Positions 43,201 through 58,200 of a stretch of 64,000 nt of DNA are shown here, piece by piece. How positions within the stretch are numbered: the stretch's first letter is position 1; each line of letters opens with the position of its first letter. The stretch is from the human T2T-CHM13v2.0 reference genome, Homo sapiens, in NCBI RefSeq assembly GCF_009914755.1, contig NC_060945.1. One strand, given 5' to 3'. Position numbers and translations under genes: made by a program. The notes under the pieces are model-generated. The model was not told the DNA's origin, did no database searches, and saw only the letters and a program-made list of their open reading frames with translations.

Positions 43201-46200
43201 AATAGAGTGCGCTCAAACAGAAAAGAATGGAATGGAATGGAATGGAATGGAATGGAATGGAATGGAATGGAATGGATTCGAATGGAATGGAATGGAATGG
43301 ACTTGAATGGAGAAGAATGGAATGGACTGCATTGAAATGGACTGGAATGTAACGGACTAGAATGGAATGGAGTGGAATGGACTTGAATGAAATGGAATGG
43401 AATCCAATGGACTTGTTTGGAAAAGAATTGAATGGAATGAAATGGACTCAAAAGTAATGGAATGGAATGGACTCTAGTGGAATGGAATGGACAGGAATGG
43501 AAAGGAATGGAATAGAATGGACTCAAATGGAATACAATGGAATTTAATGGAATGGACTCTAATTTAATGGAATGGAATGGACTCGAATGGAATAGAATGG
43601 AGTGGATGACAATGGAATGGAATGCAATGGAATGGACTCAAATGGAATGGACTCGAATGAAATGGAATGGAATCGAATGGTCTCAAAAGGAATCGAATGG
43701 AATGCAATGGAATGGACTCGAATGGAATGGACTCGAATGGAATGGAATGGAATTGAATGGTCTCAAATGGAATGGAATGGAATGCAATGGAATGGACACG
43801 AATGCAATGGAATGGAATGGACTGGAATGGAATGGAATGGAATGGACTTGATTGGAATGGAATGAAATGGAATGGAATGGACTTGAATGGAATAGAATGG
43901 AATGGAATGAAATGGACTCGATGAGAATGGAATGGAATGGATTTGAATGGAATGGAATGGACTCAAAAGGAGTGGAATGGAATCTAAAGGAATGAAATCA
44001 AATAGAATGGACTCAAATTGAATAGTATGGAATGGACTCGAATGGAATGCAATGCAATGAAATGGATTCGAATGGAATGGACTCGAATGGAATACAAAGT
44101 AATGTATTAGAATGGAATGGAAAGGAATTGAAAGGAAGTGAAAGGAATGGAATGGAATGCAATGGAATGGACTCGAATGGAATGGTATGCAATGGACTCA
44201 ATGGAATGGAATGCAACGGAGTGGACGTGTATGGAATTGAATGGAATTGACTGGAAAGCAATTGAATGAAATGGATCCGAAAGGAATGGAATGGAATGAG
44301 CTCATATGGAATGGAATGGTATGGAATGGAGATGAATGGAATGAGATGGAATGGAATGGAAAAGAATGGACAGAAATGGAATTGCTTTGAATGAAACGGA
44401 CTCTAACGGAATGGAATGGAATGACTCAAATGGAATAGCATGGAATAGAATGGATTCAAATGCCAAGGAATGGAATGGAATTGAAAGGAATGGAGTGGAC
44501 TCAAGCAGAATAGAATGTAATGGAATGGACCAAATGGAATAGAATGGAAAGGAATGGAATCGAAAGGAGTAGAATGGAACGGACTCGTATGGAATAGAGT
44601 GGAATGTAACAGACTAGAATGGAATGGAGTGGAATGGACTTGAATGGAATGGAATGGAATCTAATGGACTTGATTGGAAAAGAATTGAATGGAATGGAAT
44701 GGACTCAAAAGTAATGGAATGCAATGGACTCAAATGGAATGGAATGGACACGAATGGAAAAAAAAATGGAATGGTATGGACTCGAATGGAATACAATGGA
44801 ATTTAATGGAATGGACTCTAATGGAATGGACTCGAATGGAATAGAATGCAATGGATGTCAATGGAATGGAATGCAATGGAATGGACTCGAATGGAATGGA
44901 TTTGAATGAAAAGGAATGCAATTGAATGGTCTAGAAAGCAATGGAATGGAATGCAATGGAATGGACTCGAATGAAATGGAATGGAATGGACTGGAATGGA
45001 ATGTAATGAAATGGAATGGAAGGGACTTGAATGGAATAGAATGGAATGGAATGGAATGGACTTGATGGGAATGGAATGGAATGGATTTGAATGGAATGGA
45101 ATGGACTCAAAAGGAATGGAATGGAATTTAAAGGAATGGAATCTAAAAAAATGGAATGTAATGGAATGGACTCGAATGGAATAGAATGGAATGGACTTGA
45201 ATGGAATGGAATGCAATGGAATGGATTCGAATGGAATGGACTCGAATGGATTAGAATGTAATGTATTCGAATGGAATTTAATGGAATTGAATGGACTCGA
45301 AAGGAACGGAATGGAATGCAATGGAATGGACACGAATGGAATGGAATGGAGTGCAATGGAATGTAATGGAATGGACTTGATTGGAATGTAATGAAATGGA
45401 AAGTAATGGACTTGAATGGAATAGAATGGAATGGAATGGAATGGACTCGATGGGAATGAAATGGAATGGATTCAAAAGGAGTGGAATGAAATCTAAAGAA
45501 ATGGAATCTAATGGAATGGACTCGAACTGAATAATATGGAATGGACTCGAATGGAATGGAATGCAATGAAATGGATTCGAATGGAATGGACTCGAATGGA
45601 ATAGAATGTAATGTATTAGAATGGAATGGAAAGGAATTGAAAGGAAGCGAAAGGAATGGAATGGAATGGAATGGAATGGAATGGACTCGAATGGAAAGGT
45701 ATGCTATGGATTCGATGGAATGGAATGCAACGGAATGGATGTGTATGGAATTGAATGGAATTGACTGGAAAGCAATTCAATGGAATGGACCGAATGGAAT
45801 GGAATGGAATGGAATGAGCTCAAATGGAATGAATTGGTATGGAATGGAGACAAATGGAATGGGATGGAAAGTAATGGAACGGAATGGACTGGAATGGAAT
45901 TGCTTTGAATGAAAGGAACTCTAATGGAATGGAATGGAATGGACTCAAATGGAATAGAATGGAATGGAATGGAATCGAAAGGAGTAGAATGGAATGGACT
46001 TTTATGGAATGGAGAGGAATGTAACGGACTAGAGTGGAATGGAGTGGAATGGACTTGAATGGAATAGAATGGAATCTAATGGACTTGATTGGAAAAGAAT
46101 TGAATGGAATGGAATGGACTCAAAAGTAATGGAATGCAATGGACTCAAGTGGAATGGAATGGACATGAATGGAAAAAAATGGAATAGAATGGACTCGAAT

Positions 46201-49200
46201 GGAATACTATGGAATTTAATGGAATGGACTCAAATGGAATACAATGGAATGGATGTCAATGGAATGGAATGCAATGGAATGGACTCAATTGAAATGGAAT
46301 GGGATTGAATGGTCTCGAAAGGAATAGAATGGAATGCAATGGAATGGACTCGAATGGAATGGAATGGAATGGAATGAAATGTAATGGAATGGACTTGAAT
46401 GGAATAGAATGTAATGTAATGGAATGGACTCGAAGGGATTGGAATGGAATGGATTTGAATGGAATAGAATGGAATCAAAAGGAATGGAATGGAATTTAAT
46501 TGAATGGAATCTAAAGGAATGGAATGTAATAGAATGGACTCGAATGGAATAGAATGGAATGGACTTGAATGGAATGGAATGCAATAGAATGGATTCGAAT
46601 GGAATGGACTCGAATGGATTAGAATGTAATGTATTTGAATGGAATTTAATGGAATTGAAAGGACTCGAAAGGAATGGAATGGAATGCAATGGAATGGACT
46701 CTAATGGAATAGAAGGCAATGGATGACAATGGAATGGAATGCAATGGAATGGACTCGAATGGAATAGAATGCAATGGATGACAATGGAATTGAATGCAAT
46801 GGAATGGACTCGAATGGAATGGAATGGAGTGGACTGGAATGCAATGGAATGGAATGGACTTCATTGGAATGTAATGAGATGGAAAGGAATGGACTTGAAT
46901 GGAATAGAATGGAATGGAATGAAATGGACTGGATGGGAATGGAATGGAATGAATTTGAATGGAATGGAATGGACTCGAAAGGAGTGGAATGGAATCTAAA
47001 GGAAATGAATCTAATGGAATGGACTCGAATGGAATAGTATGGAATGGACTCAAATGAAATGGAATGCAATGAAATGGATTCGAATGGAATGGACTCGAAT
47101 GGAATAGAATGTAATGTATTAGAATGGAATGGAAAGGAATTGAAAGGAATCGAAAGGAATGGAAAGGAATGCAATGGAATGGATTCAAATTGAATGGTAT
47201 GCAATGGGCTCGATGGAATGGAATGCAACGGAATAGACGTGTATGGCATTGAATGGAATTGACTGGAAAGCAATTGAATGGAATGGACACGAATGGATTG
47301 GAATGGGATGGAATGAGCTCAAATGGAATGGAATGGTATGGAATGGAGACGAATGGAATGGGATGGAAAGTAATGGAACGGAATGGACTGGAATGGAATT
47401 GCTTTGAATGAAAGGAACTCTAATGGAATGGAATGGAATGGACTCAAATGGAATAGCATGGAATTGAATGGATTTGAATGCCATGGAATGGAATGGAATT
47501 GAAAGGAATGGAGTGCCCTCAAACAGAATGGAAGGGAATGGAACGGACTCAAATGGAAGGGAATGGAATGGTCTCAAATGGAATAGAATGGAATGGAATG
47601 GAACCAAAAGGAGTAGAATGGAAGGGACTCGTATGGAATGGAGTGGAATGAAATGGACTAGAATGGAATGGAGTGGAATAGACTTGAATGGAATGGAAAG
47701 GAATCTAATGGACTTGATTGGAAAAGAATTGAATGGAATGGAATGGACACAAAAGTAATGGAATGCAATGGAATTGAGTGGAATGGAATGGACATGAATA
47801 AAAAAATGGAATAGAATAGACTCGAATGGAATCCAATGGAATTTAATGGAATGGACTCTAATGGAATGGAATGGAATTGAATCAAATGGAATAGAAAGGA
47901 AAGGATGTCAATGGAATGGAATGAAATGGAATGAACTCAAAAGAAATGGAATGGAATTGAATGGTATCTAAAGGAATGGAATGTAATGCAGTGGAATGGA
48001 CTCGAATGAAATGGAATGGAATGGACTGGACTGGAATGGAATGGAATGGACTGGAATGAAATGGAAAGGAATGGACTTGAATGGAATAGAATGGAATGGA
48101 ATGGAATGGAATGGAATGGAATGGAATGGAATGGAATGGAATGGACTCGATGGGAACGGAATGGATTGCATTTGAATGGAATGGAATGGACTCAAAAGGA
48201 AAGGAATGGAATTTAATGGAATGGAATTTAAAGGAATGTAATGTAATGGAATGGACTCGAATGGAATAGAATGGAATCGACTTGAATGGAATGGAATGCA
48301 ATGGAATGGATTCGAATGGAAGAGACCCGAATGGATTAGAATGTAATGTATTCGAATGGAATTTAATGGAATTGAATGGACTCGAAAGGAATGGAATGGA
48401 ATGCAATGGAATGGACTCGAATGGAATGGAATGCAATGACTCGATGGAATGGAATGCAATGGAATGGACTCGTACCTAATTGAGTGGAATTGACACGAAC
48501 GGCATTGAATGGAATGGACCCGAATGGAATGGAATGGAATGGAATGATCTCAAATGGAACGGAATGGTATGGAAAGGAGACGAATGGAATGGAATGGAAT
48601 GGAATGGAATGGAATGGAATGGAATGGAATGGAATGGAATGGAATGGAATTGCTTTGAATGAAAGGGACTCTAATGGAATGGAATGTAATGGAATGGAAT
48701 GGAATCAAATGGAATAGCATGGAATTCAATGGATTTGAATGTAATGGAATGGAATGGAATCGAAAGGAATTGAGTGGACTCAAACGGAAGGGAATGGAAC
48801 GGACTCGAACAGAATAGAACGGAATGGAATGGAATGGAATATATTGGAATGGACTCGAATGGAGTAGAAAGGAATGGACTCGAATGGAATGGAGTGGAAT
48901 GTAACGAACTAGAATGGAATGGAGTGGAATGGACTTCAATGGAATGGAAGGGAATCTAATGGTCTTGATTGGAATAGAATTGGATGGAGTAGAATGGACT
49001 CAAAAGTAACGGAATGGAATGGATTCGAGTGGAATGGAATGGACACGAATGGAATGAAATTGAATAGAATGGACTCGAACGGAATACAATGTAATTTAAT
49101 GAAATGGACTCTAATGGAACGTAATGGAATGGACTCAAATGTCATAGAATGGAATGGACGCCAATGGAATGGAAGGCAATGGAATGGAATCGAATGGAAT

Positions 49201-52200
49201 GGACTGGAATGAAATGGAATGGAATAGAATGGTCTCGAAAGGAATAGAATGGAATGAAATGGAATGGACTAAAATGCAATGGAATGTACAGGAATGGAAT
49301 GTAATGAAATGGAATGGAATGGACTAGAATTGAATGGAATGGAATGGAATGGAATGGAATTGATGGGAATGGAATGGAATGGATTTGAATGGAATCAAAT
49401 GGACTCGAAAGGAATGGAATGGAATTTAATGGAATGTAGTCTAATGGAATGGAATCGAATGTAATGGACTCAAATGGAAAAGAATGGAATGGACTCGAAT
49501 GGAATGGAATGCAGTGGAATGGATTCCAATGGAATGGACTCGAATGGAATGGAATGGAATGGATTCAAACGGAATGTAGTGGAATGGAATGGAATGGAAT
49601 GGAATGGAATGGAACGGAAAAGGAATGGAATGGAATGGAAAGGAATTGAATGGAATGGAATGGAATGCAACGGAATTGGATGGAATGGACTTGAATGGAA
49701 TAGTAAGGAATGGAATGGAATGGCCTCGAATGGAATGGAATGCAATGGGCTCGAGTGAAATAGAATGGATACAAATGGAATGGAATGGAATAGAACAGAC
49801 TTGAATGGAATAGAATTGTATTTATTGGAATGGACTCTAAAGGAAAGGAATGGAATGGACTCGAATGGAAAGCAATTGAATGGACTCAAATGGAATAGAA
49901 TGGAATTGAATGGAATTGATTGGAATGGAATGGAATGGGATGGAATGGAATGGAATGGGATGGGATGGAATAGAATGGAATGGATTGGAATGGAGTAGAA
50001 TGGACTCGAATGGAAGGGAAAGGAATGGACACGAATGGAATGCAATGGAATGGAATGGAATGCAATGCAATGGAATGGAATGGAATTGACACAAATGGAA
50101 TGAAATGGGATGGAATGGAATGGAATGGAATGGAATGGAATGGATTGGAATGAAGTACAATGGACTCGAATGGAAGGGAAAGGAATGGACACGAATGGAA
50201 TGCAGTGGAATGGAATGGAATGGAATGGAATGGAATGGAATGGAATGGAATGGAATGCAACGGAATGGAATGGAATTGACTCAAATGAAATGGAATGAAA
50301 TGGAATTTACTCGAATGGAATGAAATGGAATGGACTCGAATGGAATGGACTGGAAACGATTGTAATGGAACAGAATGGAATGGACTTGAATGTAATATAA
50401 TGGAATGGATTCTAATGGAATGGAATGCAATGGAATGGACTCCAATGGATTAAAATGGAATGGACTTGAATGGAATGGGATGGATTTAAGTGGACTCAAA
50501 TGGGATGGGATGGAATAAACTCTAATTGAATGGAACGGAGTGGAATGTACACGAATGGAATGGAAAGGAATTCACTCGAATGGAATTGATTCAAGTGGAA
50601 TGGAATCGAGTGGAGTGGAATGGAATGGAATGGAACGGAATGGAATGGAATGGACTCGAATGGAAGGGAATTGAATTAACCCGAATTTAATGGAATGGAA
50701 TGGAAAGAAATGGAATCGAATGGAATGGAACGGAATGGAATTGACCCGAATGGAGTGGAATGGAATGGAATGGACCCTAATGGAATGGAATTGAATGGAC
50801 CCGAATGGAATGGAATCGAATGGAATTGCAAGGCACGGAATGGAATGAAATGGAATGGAATGGTATGGAATGGAATGGAATGGACTCTAACGGAATTGAA
50901 TGGAATGGAATGGAATGAAACCAAAATTAATGGAATGGAATGGACTCGAATGGAATAGAATGGACATGAATGGAATGGAATCGAATGGACCCAAATCGAA
51001 TGGAATGGAATGGAATGGAATGGAATGGAATGGAATGGAATGAATTTGAATGGAATGTAGTTGAATTGAATAGATCTGAAAGGAATGGAATGGAATGAAA
51101 TGGACTCGAATGGAATGGAAGGGAACGGAGTGGAATCGAATGAAATGGAATGGACCCGAATGGAATGGAATGGAATGGAATGGAATAGAATCCAGTGGAA
51201 TGGAATGGAATGGAAAGGAATTGACTCGAATGGAATTGAAATGACTTGAGTACGTTGGAGTGGAATGGAATGGACTTGAAAGGAACAGAATGTGATTTAA
51301 TGGAATGGACTCTAATGGAATGGAATGCAATGGATTCGAAGGGAATACAATGGAATGGAATCGAATGAAATGGAATGGAATTGAATGGACTTGATTGGAA
51401 TGCAATGGAATGGAATAGACTCGAAGGAAATGGAATAGAAAGGACCCGAATGTAATGTAATGTAATGTAATGTAATGTAATGTAATGTAAAGTAATGTAA
51501 CGTAATGTAAGGTAATGAAATTTAATGGAATGAAAGGGAATGGAATGGAATCGACATGAATGGAATAGAATGTAATGGAATGGAATGGATACAAAGACAA
51601 TGGAGTGGAATGTACTCCTTTGGAATGGAATGGACTCAAATGGAATGGAATATAATTTAATGTAATGAACTCTAATGGAATGGAATCTAATGGAATGGAA
51701 AGGAATGGACTCAAATGGGATAGAACGGAATGGACGCCAATGGAATGGAATGCAATGGAATGGAATCGAATGAAATTGACTCGAATGAAATGGAATGGAA
51801 TTGAATGGTCTCGAAAGCAATAGAATGGAATGAAATGGAATGGACTCGAATGGAATGGAATGTGCTGGAATGGAATGAAATGAAATGGAATGGAATGGAA
51901 TGGAATGGAATGGAATGGACTTGAATGGAATAGAATGGAATGGAATGGAATGGAATGGAATGGAATGGAATGGAATGGAATGGACTTGTTGGGAATGGAA
52001 TGGAATGGATTGGAATGGAATGGATTTGAATGGAATGGACTCGAAAGGAATGGAATGGAATTTAATGGAATGGAATCTAATGGAATGGAATAGAAAGTAA
52101 TGGACTTGCATGGAAAAGAATGGAATGTACTCGAATGGAATGGAATGCAATGGAATGGACTCGAATGGAATGGATGCGAACGGAATGGAATAGAATAGAT

Positions 52201-55200
52201 TCGAATGGAATGTAGTGGAATGGAACGCATTTGAATGGAATGGAATGGAATGGATTCGAATGGAATGGAATGGAATTGAATGGACTTCAAAGGAGTGGAA
52301 TCGAATTGAATGGACTCGAAAAGAATGGAATGGAATGCAATGGAATGGACTCGAAAGGAATGGAATGGAATGGACTTGAATGGATTTGAATGCAATGGAA
52401 TGGATTCGAATGGATTTGAATCGAATGGAATTGAATGGAATCTACTAGATTGGAATAGAATGGAATGAACTCGAATGGAATGGTTTGGAATGGAATGGAC
52501 TTGTATGGAATGGAGTGGAATAGACTCGAATGGAATGGAATTGAATGGACTCGACTGGAATGGAATGTAAAGGAATGAAATTGACTAGAATGGAATGGAA
52601 TGGAATGGAATGGAATCGAATGGATTTGAATGCAGTGGAATGGATTTGAATCGACTTGAATCGAATGGAATTGAATGGAATATACTGGATTGGAATCGAA
52701 TGGAATGAACTCGAATGGAATGGTGTGGAATGGAATGGACTTGTGTGGAATGGAGTGGAATAGACTCGAATGGAATGGAATTGAATGGACTCAACTGGAA
52801 TGGAATGTAAGGAAATGAAGTTGACTATGGAATGGAATGGAGTCGAATGGAATGCTATGGAATGGAATGAAATGAAATGGAATGTACTCGAATGAAATGC
52901 AGTGGAGTGGAATGGAATCAAATGGAATGGAATAGAATGGACCCGAATGGAATGGAATGGAACGGAATGGACGCGAATAGAATGCAATGGAATCGAAAGG
53001 GATGGAATGGAATGGAATGGAATGGAGTGGAATAGAATGGAATGGAATGGACTCGAATGGATTGGAATGGAATTTAATGGAATGGACCCTAATGGAATGG
53101 AAAGGGATGGACTCGAATGGAATAGAATGCAATGGACTCGAATGAATTTGAATGCAATTGATTCGATAGGAATGGAATGGAATTCAGTGAAACGGAATGG
53201 AATGCTATGGAATGGACTCAAATGGAATTGACTCGAATGGATTTGAATTGATTGGACCTGAATGGATTTCAACAGAATGAAATGGGTTCGAGTGGAATGG
53301 AATTGGATGGAATGGGCACTAATGGAATGGAATGGAATGGCTCAAATGAAATAGAAGGGAAAGGATTCGAATGGACTCGAATGGAAGGGAATGCCTTCAA
53401 ATGGAATGGAATTGAAAGGAATGAACTTGAAAGGAATAGAAAGGAACGGAATGGAACAGACTCGAATGGAAAGGAATGGAATGGACTCGAATGGAATAGA
53501 ACGGAATTCATTTGAATGGAATAGAATGGAATGCATTCGAATGGAATGGCATAAAATGGAACGTATGGAATGGAATGGAATTGAGTTGACATGAATGGAA
53601 TGGAATGGACTCGAATGGAATGGACACGAATGTAATGGAGTGAAATGGAATGGAATGGAATGGAGTGGAATGGAATGGACTCAAATGGAATGGAATGGAA
53701 TTGAATGGACTTGAAAGGAATGGAATGAAATGAGAGAGATTGGACTCGAATGGAATGGAATGGAATGGACCTGAATGGAATAGAATGGACTCAAATGTAT
53801 TGGAATGGATTGGAACAGTCTCGAGTGGAATGGAATGGAATGGAGTGGAATGGAATGTAGTCGAAAGGCATGGAATGGAATTGACTCAAATGGAATAGAA
53901 AGGTATGGACTCGAATGGAATGGAATGCAATTGAATGGACTCGAATGGAATGGAATTGAATGGAATGGAATGGAATGGAATGAAATGAAATGGACTCAAA
54001 TGCAATGGAATGGAATGGAGTCAAATGGAATGGAATGGACTGGAAAGGAATGGAATTTAATGGAAATGACTCGAGTTAAATGGAATGGAATGGAATGGAA
54101 TGGAATGGAATGGAATGGAATGGACTCGAATGCACTGGAATGGACTCAAATGGAATGGAATGAAATGAAATCGACTCGAGTTGAATGGAATGGAAAGGAG
54201 TGGACTCAAATGAAATGGAATGCAATGGAATGGAATTGAGTGGAATAGAATGGAATTTACCCTAATGGAATGGCATGGAAAGGATACGACTCTAATGGAA
54301 TGGAATGGAATGGAATGGAATGGAATGGAATGGAATGGAATGGAATGGAGTGGAATGGAATTGAATGGAGTGGAATGGAATGGAATGGAGTGGAATGGAA
54401 TGGAATGGACAGGAAAGGAACGGAAAGGAATGGAAAGGGCTGGAATGGAACGAAATGGAATAGAATGTACTCGAATAGAATGGAATTCAATGGACTCGAA
54501 TGGAATGCAATGGACTCGAATGGAAACAATGGAATTGATCTGAATAGAATTGAATGGAATGGAATGGAAAGGACTTGAATGGAATAGAATGGATTGGAAT
54601 GGAATGGTATTGAATGGAATGGAATGGAATGGACTCGAATGGAATGGAATGGACTTTAATAGAATGGAATGGAATGGAATAGACATGAATGGAATTGAAT
54701 GGGTTTTACTGGAGTGGACTCTAATGGAATGGACTCTAATGGAGGGGAATGGAATGGACTCGAATGGAATGAACTGTAATAGAATGGTTTAGAATGGAAT
54801 GGACTCGAGTGGAATGGAAAGGAATGGGATGGACTCGAATGAAATGTTATGGAATAGAAGGAATGGAATGGACTCAAATGGAATGGACCCAAATGGAAAG
54901 GAATGGAATGGAATGGTATGGAATGGAATGGTTTGGAATGATCTCGAATGGAATTGAGTGGAATGGACTGGAATCTAATGGAATGGAACAGAATGGAATG
55001 GACTCGAATGGAATAGAATGGAATTGACTCGAATGGAATTGAATTGAATGGACATGAGTGGAATGGAATGGAATGGAATGGAATGGAATGGAATGGAACG
55101 GAATGGAATGGAATGGAATGGACTCGAATGGAATGGAATGGAGTGGAATCTAATGACTCGAATTGAATGGAATGGAATGGACTCGAATGGAATGGATTCG

Positions 55201-58200
55201 AATGGAATGGAATGGAATGGAATGGACTCGAATGGAATGGGCTGGAATGGAATGGATTTGAATAGAATGGAATGGACTCGAAAGGAATGGAATGGAATGG
55301 ACTCAATTGGAATAGAATGTAATGGAATGGACTCCAATGGAATGGAGTGGAATTGACTCCAATGGAATGGAACGGTCTCGAATGGAATGGAATGGAAAGG
55401 AATGGACTCGAATGGAATAGAATGGAATGGAATGGAATTGACTCCAATGGAAGGGGTTGAATGGAATGGACTAGAATATATGGAGTGGAAAGGACTCAAA
55501 TGGAATAGAATGGAATGGAGAGGACTCCAATGGAATTGAAGGCAATGGACTCGAATGGAATGGAAATTACTCGAATGGAATGGAATGTAAAGTATTGGAC
55601 TCGAATGGAATAGCATGGAATGGAATTGAATGGACTCGAGTGCAATGGAATTGAATGGACTCGAATGGAATCGAATGGAATGGAATCGAATGGAATGGAG
55701 AAAATTGAATGGACAAGAATGGTGTGGAATGGAATGAAATGGACCCGAATGGAATGGAATGAAATGAAATGGACCCGTATGTCATGGACTGGAATGGAAT
55801 GGAATGGACTGGAATGGAATACAAATTCATACAATGGAATGGAGTTGAAAGGAATAGAATGGAATGGAAGGGAAAGGACTCGAAAGTAATAGAGTGGAAT
55901 GGACTCAAATGGAATAGAATGGAATCGAATGGACTCAAATGGAATGGAATCGAATGGACTTGCATGGAACGGAACGGACTCGATCGGAATGCAATGGAAT
56001 TGAATGGACGTAAAAGGAACAGAATGGATGGAATGAAATGGACTCGAATGGAATGGCATGGAATGGACTCGAATAGAATAGAATGGAATGGACTCGAAAA
56101 TAATGGAGTGAAATGAAATGGATTCGAATGGAATGGACTCGAAAATAATGGAGTAGAATGGAGTGGACTTGAATGGAATGGAGTTTAATGGACTCGAATG
56201 CCAAGAAATGGAATTCAATGGAATTGACTGCAATGGAATGTAACAGAAAGAAATGTACTAGGATGGAATGGAGTGGAATGTAATGAAATGGACTCGAATG
56301 GGAAGGAATGGAATCGAATGGAATGGAATGGAATGGAATGGAAAAATGGAATGTAATGGAATGGAATGTTATGGACTCGAATGGAATGCTATTGAATTGA
56401 ATGGACTCAAAAGGAATGCAATGGAATGGAATGGAAAGGAATGGAATGGACTCGAATGGAATGAAATGGAATGGCCTCGAATGGAATGGAATGGACATGA
56501 ATGGAATGAAATAGAATGGAATCGACTCGAGTTGAATGGAATGGAATGGAATGGACTCGAATGGTATGGAATGCAATGGAATGGACTCGAATGGAATGGC
56601 CCCAGATGGAATGGAATGGAGTGGAATGGAATGGAGTGGAATGGAATGGAATGGAATGGAATGGAATGGAATGGACTCGAATGTAATGGAATGTAATCGA
56701 AGGGACTCGAATGGAATGGAATGGAATAGAAGGGACTCGAATGGAATGAAATGAAATCTAATTTACTCGAATGGCATGGACTGCACTCGATTGGAATTGA
56801 GTGCAATGGATTAGAATTGACCCGAATGGAATGGAATGGAATTGACTTGAATGGAAAAGAATGGAATTTAATGTAATGGACTCGAAGGTATTGGAATGGA
56901 ACTGACACGAATGGAATGGAATTGACTCGAATGGAATGGAAAGGAGTTTAATGGAATGGACACTAATGAAATGGAATCTAATTTAATGCAATGGAATGGA
57001 TTCAAATGGAATACCATGAAATGTACTCGAATGGAGTGGAATGCAAAGGAATGGACTCGAATGTAATGGAATTAAATAGACTCAAACTGAATGGAATGGA
57101 ATTGAATGGTGTCGAAAGTGATGGAATGGAATGCAATGGAATGGACTCCAGAGGAATGGAATGAAATTGACTCAAAAGGAATTGAATGGAATGGACCACA
57201 ATGGAATGAATGGAATGGAATGGACCCGAATGCAGTGGATTGCTTTGTAATTGAGTGGAATGGAATGGAATTTAATGGAATGGACCCTAATGGAATGGAA
57301 TGGAATGGACTCGAAAGGAATAGAATGGAATGGACTCAAATGGAATGGAATGAAATGGAATGGACTGGAATTGAATGGAATGAACTCGAATGGAATGGAA
57401 TGGAATGGAATCGACTCGAATTGAATGGAATGGAATGGATTGGACTCGAATTGAATGGAATGGAATGGATTGGACTCGAATAGAATGGAATGGAATGGAC
57501 TCGAATTCAATAGAATGGAATGGACACGAATGGAATGGAATGGAATTGAATGGACTTGAATGGAATGGAATGGAATCGACTCAAATGCAATAGAACTGAA
57601 TGGACACGAATGAAATGGAATGGAATGGAATGGACTAGAATGGAACGCAATGGAATGGACTCGAATGGAATAGAATGGAATGGACTTGAATGGAATGGAA
57701 TGGATTGGAATGGACTCGAATGGAATGGAGTGGAATGGACTCAAATGGAATGGAATGGAACTGAATTGACTTGAATCGAATGGAATGGAATGGAATGGAA
57801 TGGAATCAAATGGAATGGAATGGAATCAAATGGAATGGAATGTATTGGAATGAAATGGAGTCGAATGGAATGGAATGGAATCGAAAGGAAACTAGTGGAA
57901 TTGAATGAGCTCGAAAGGAATGGAATGGAATGGAGTGGACTCGATTGGAATGGAATGGTATGGACTCGAAAGAAATGGAATGGATTAGAATGGAATGGAA
58001 TGGAATGGAAATGACTCGAGTAGAATGCAAAGGAATGGCATGGAATGGAATGGAATCGAATAGAATGGATTGGATTGGAATGTAATGGACTCGAATGTAA
58101 TGCAATGGAATCGAATCGAGTGGAATTGAATGGAATGGAATGGAATGGAATTGAAAGGACTCGAATGGAATGGAATGGAACTCAAAGGACTCGAATGGAA

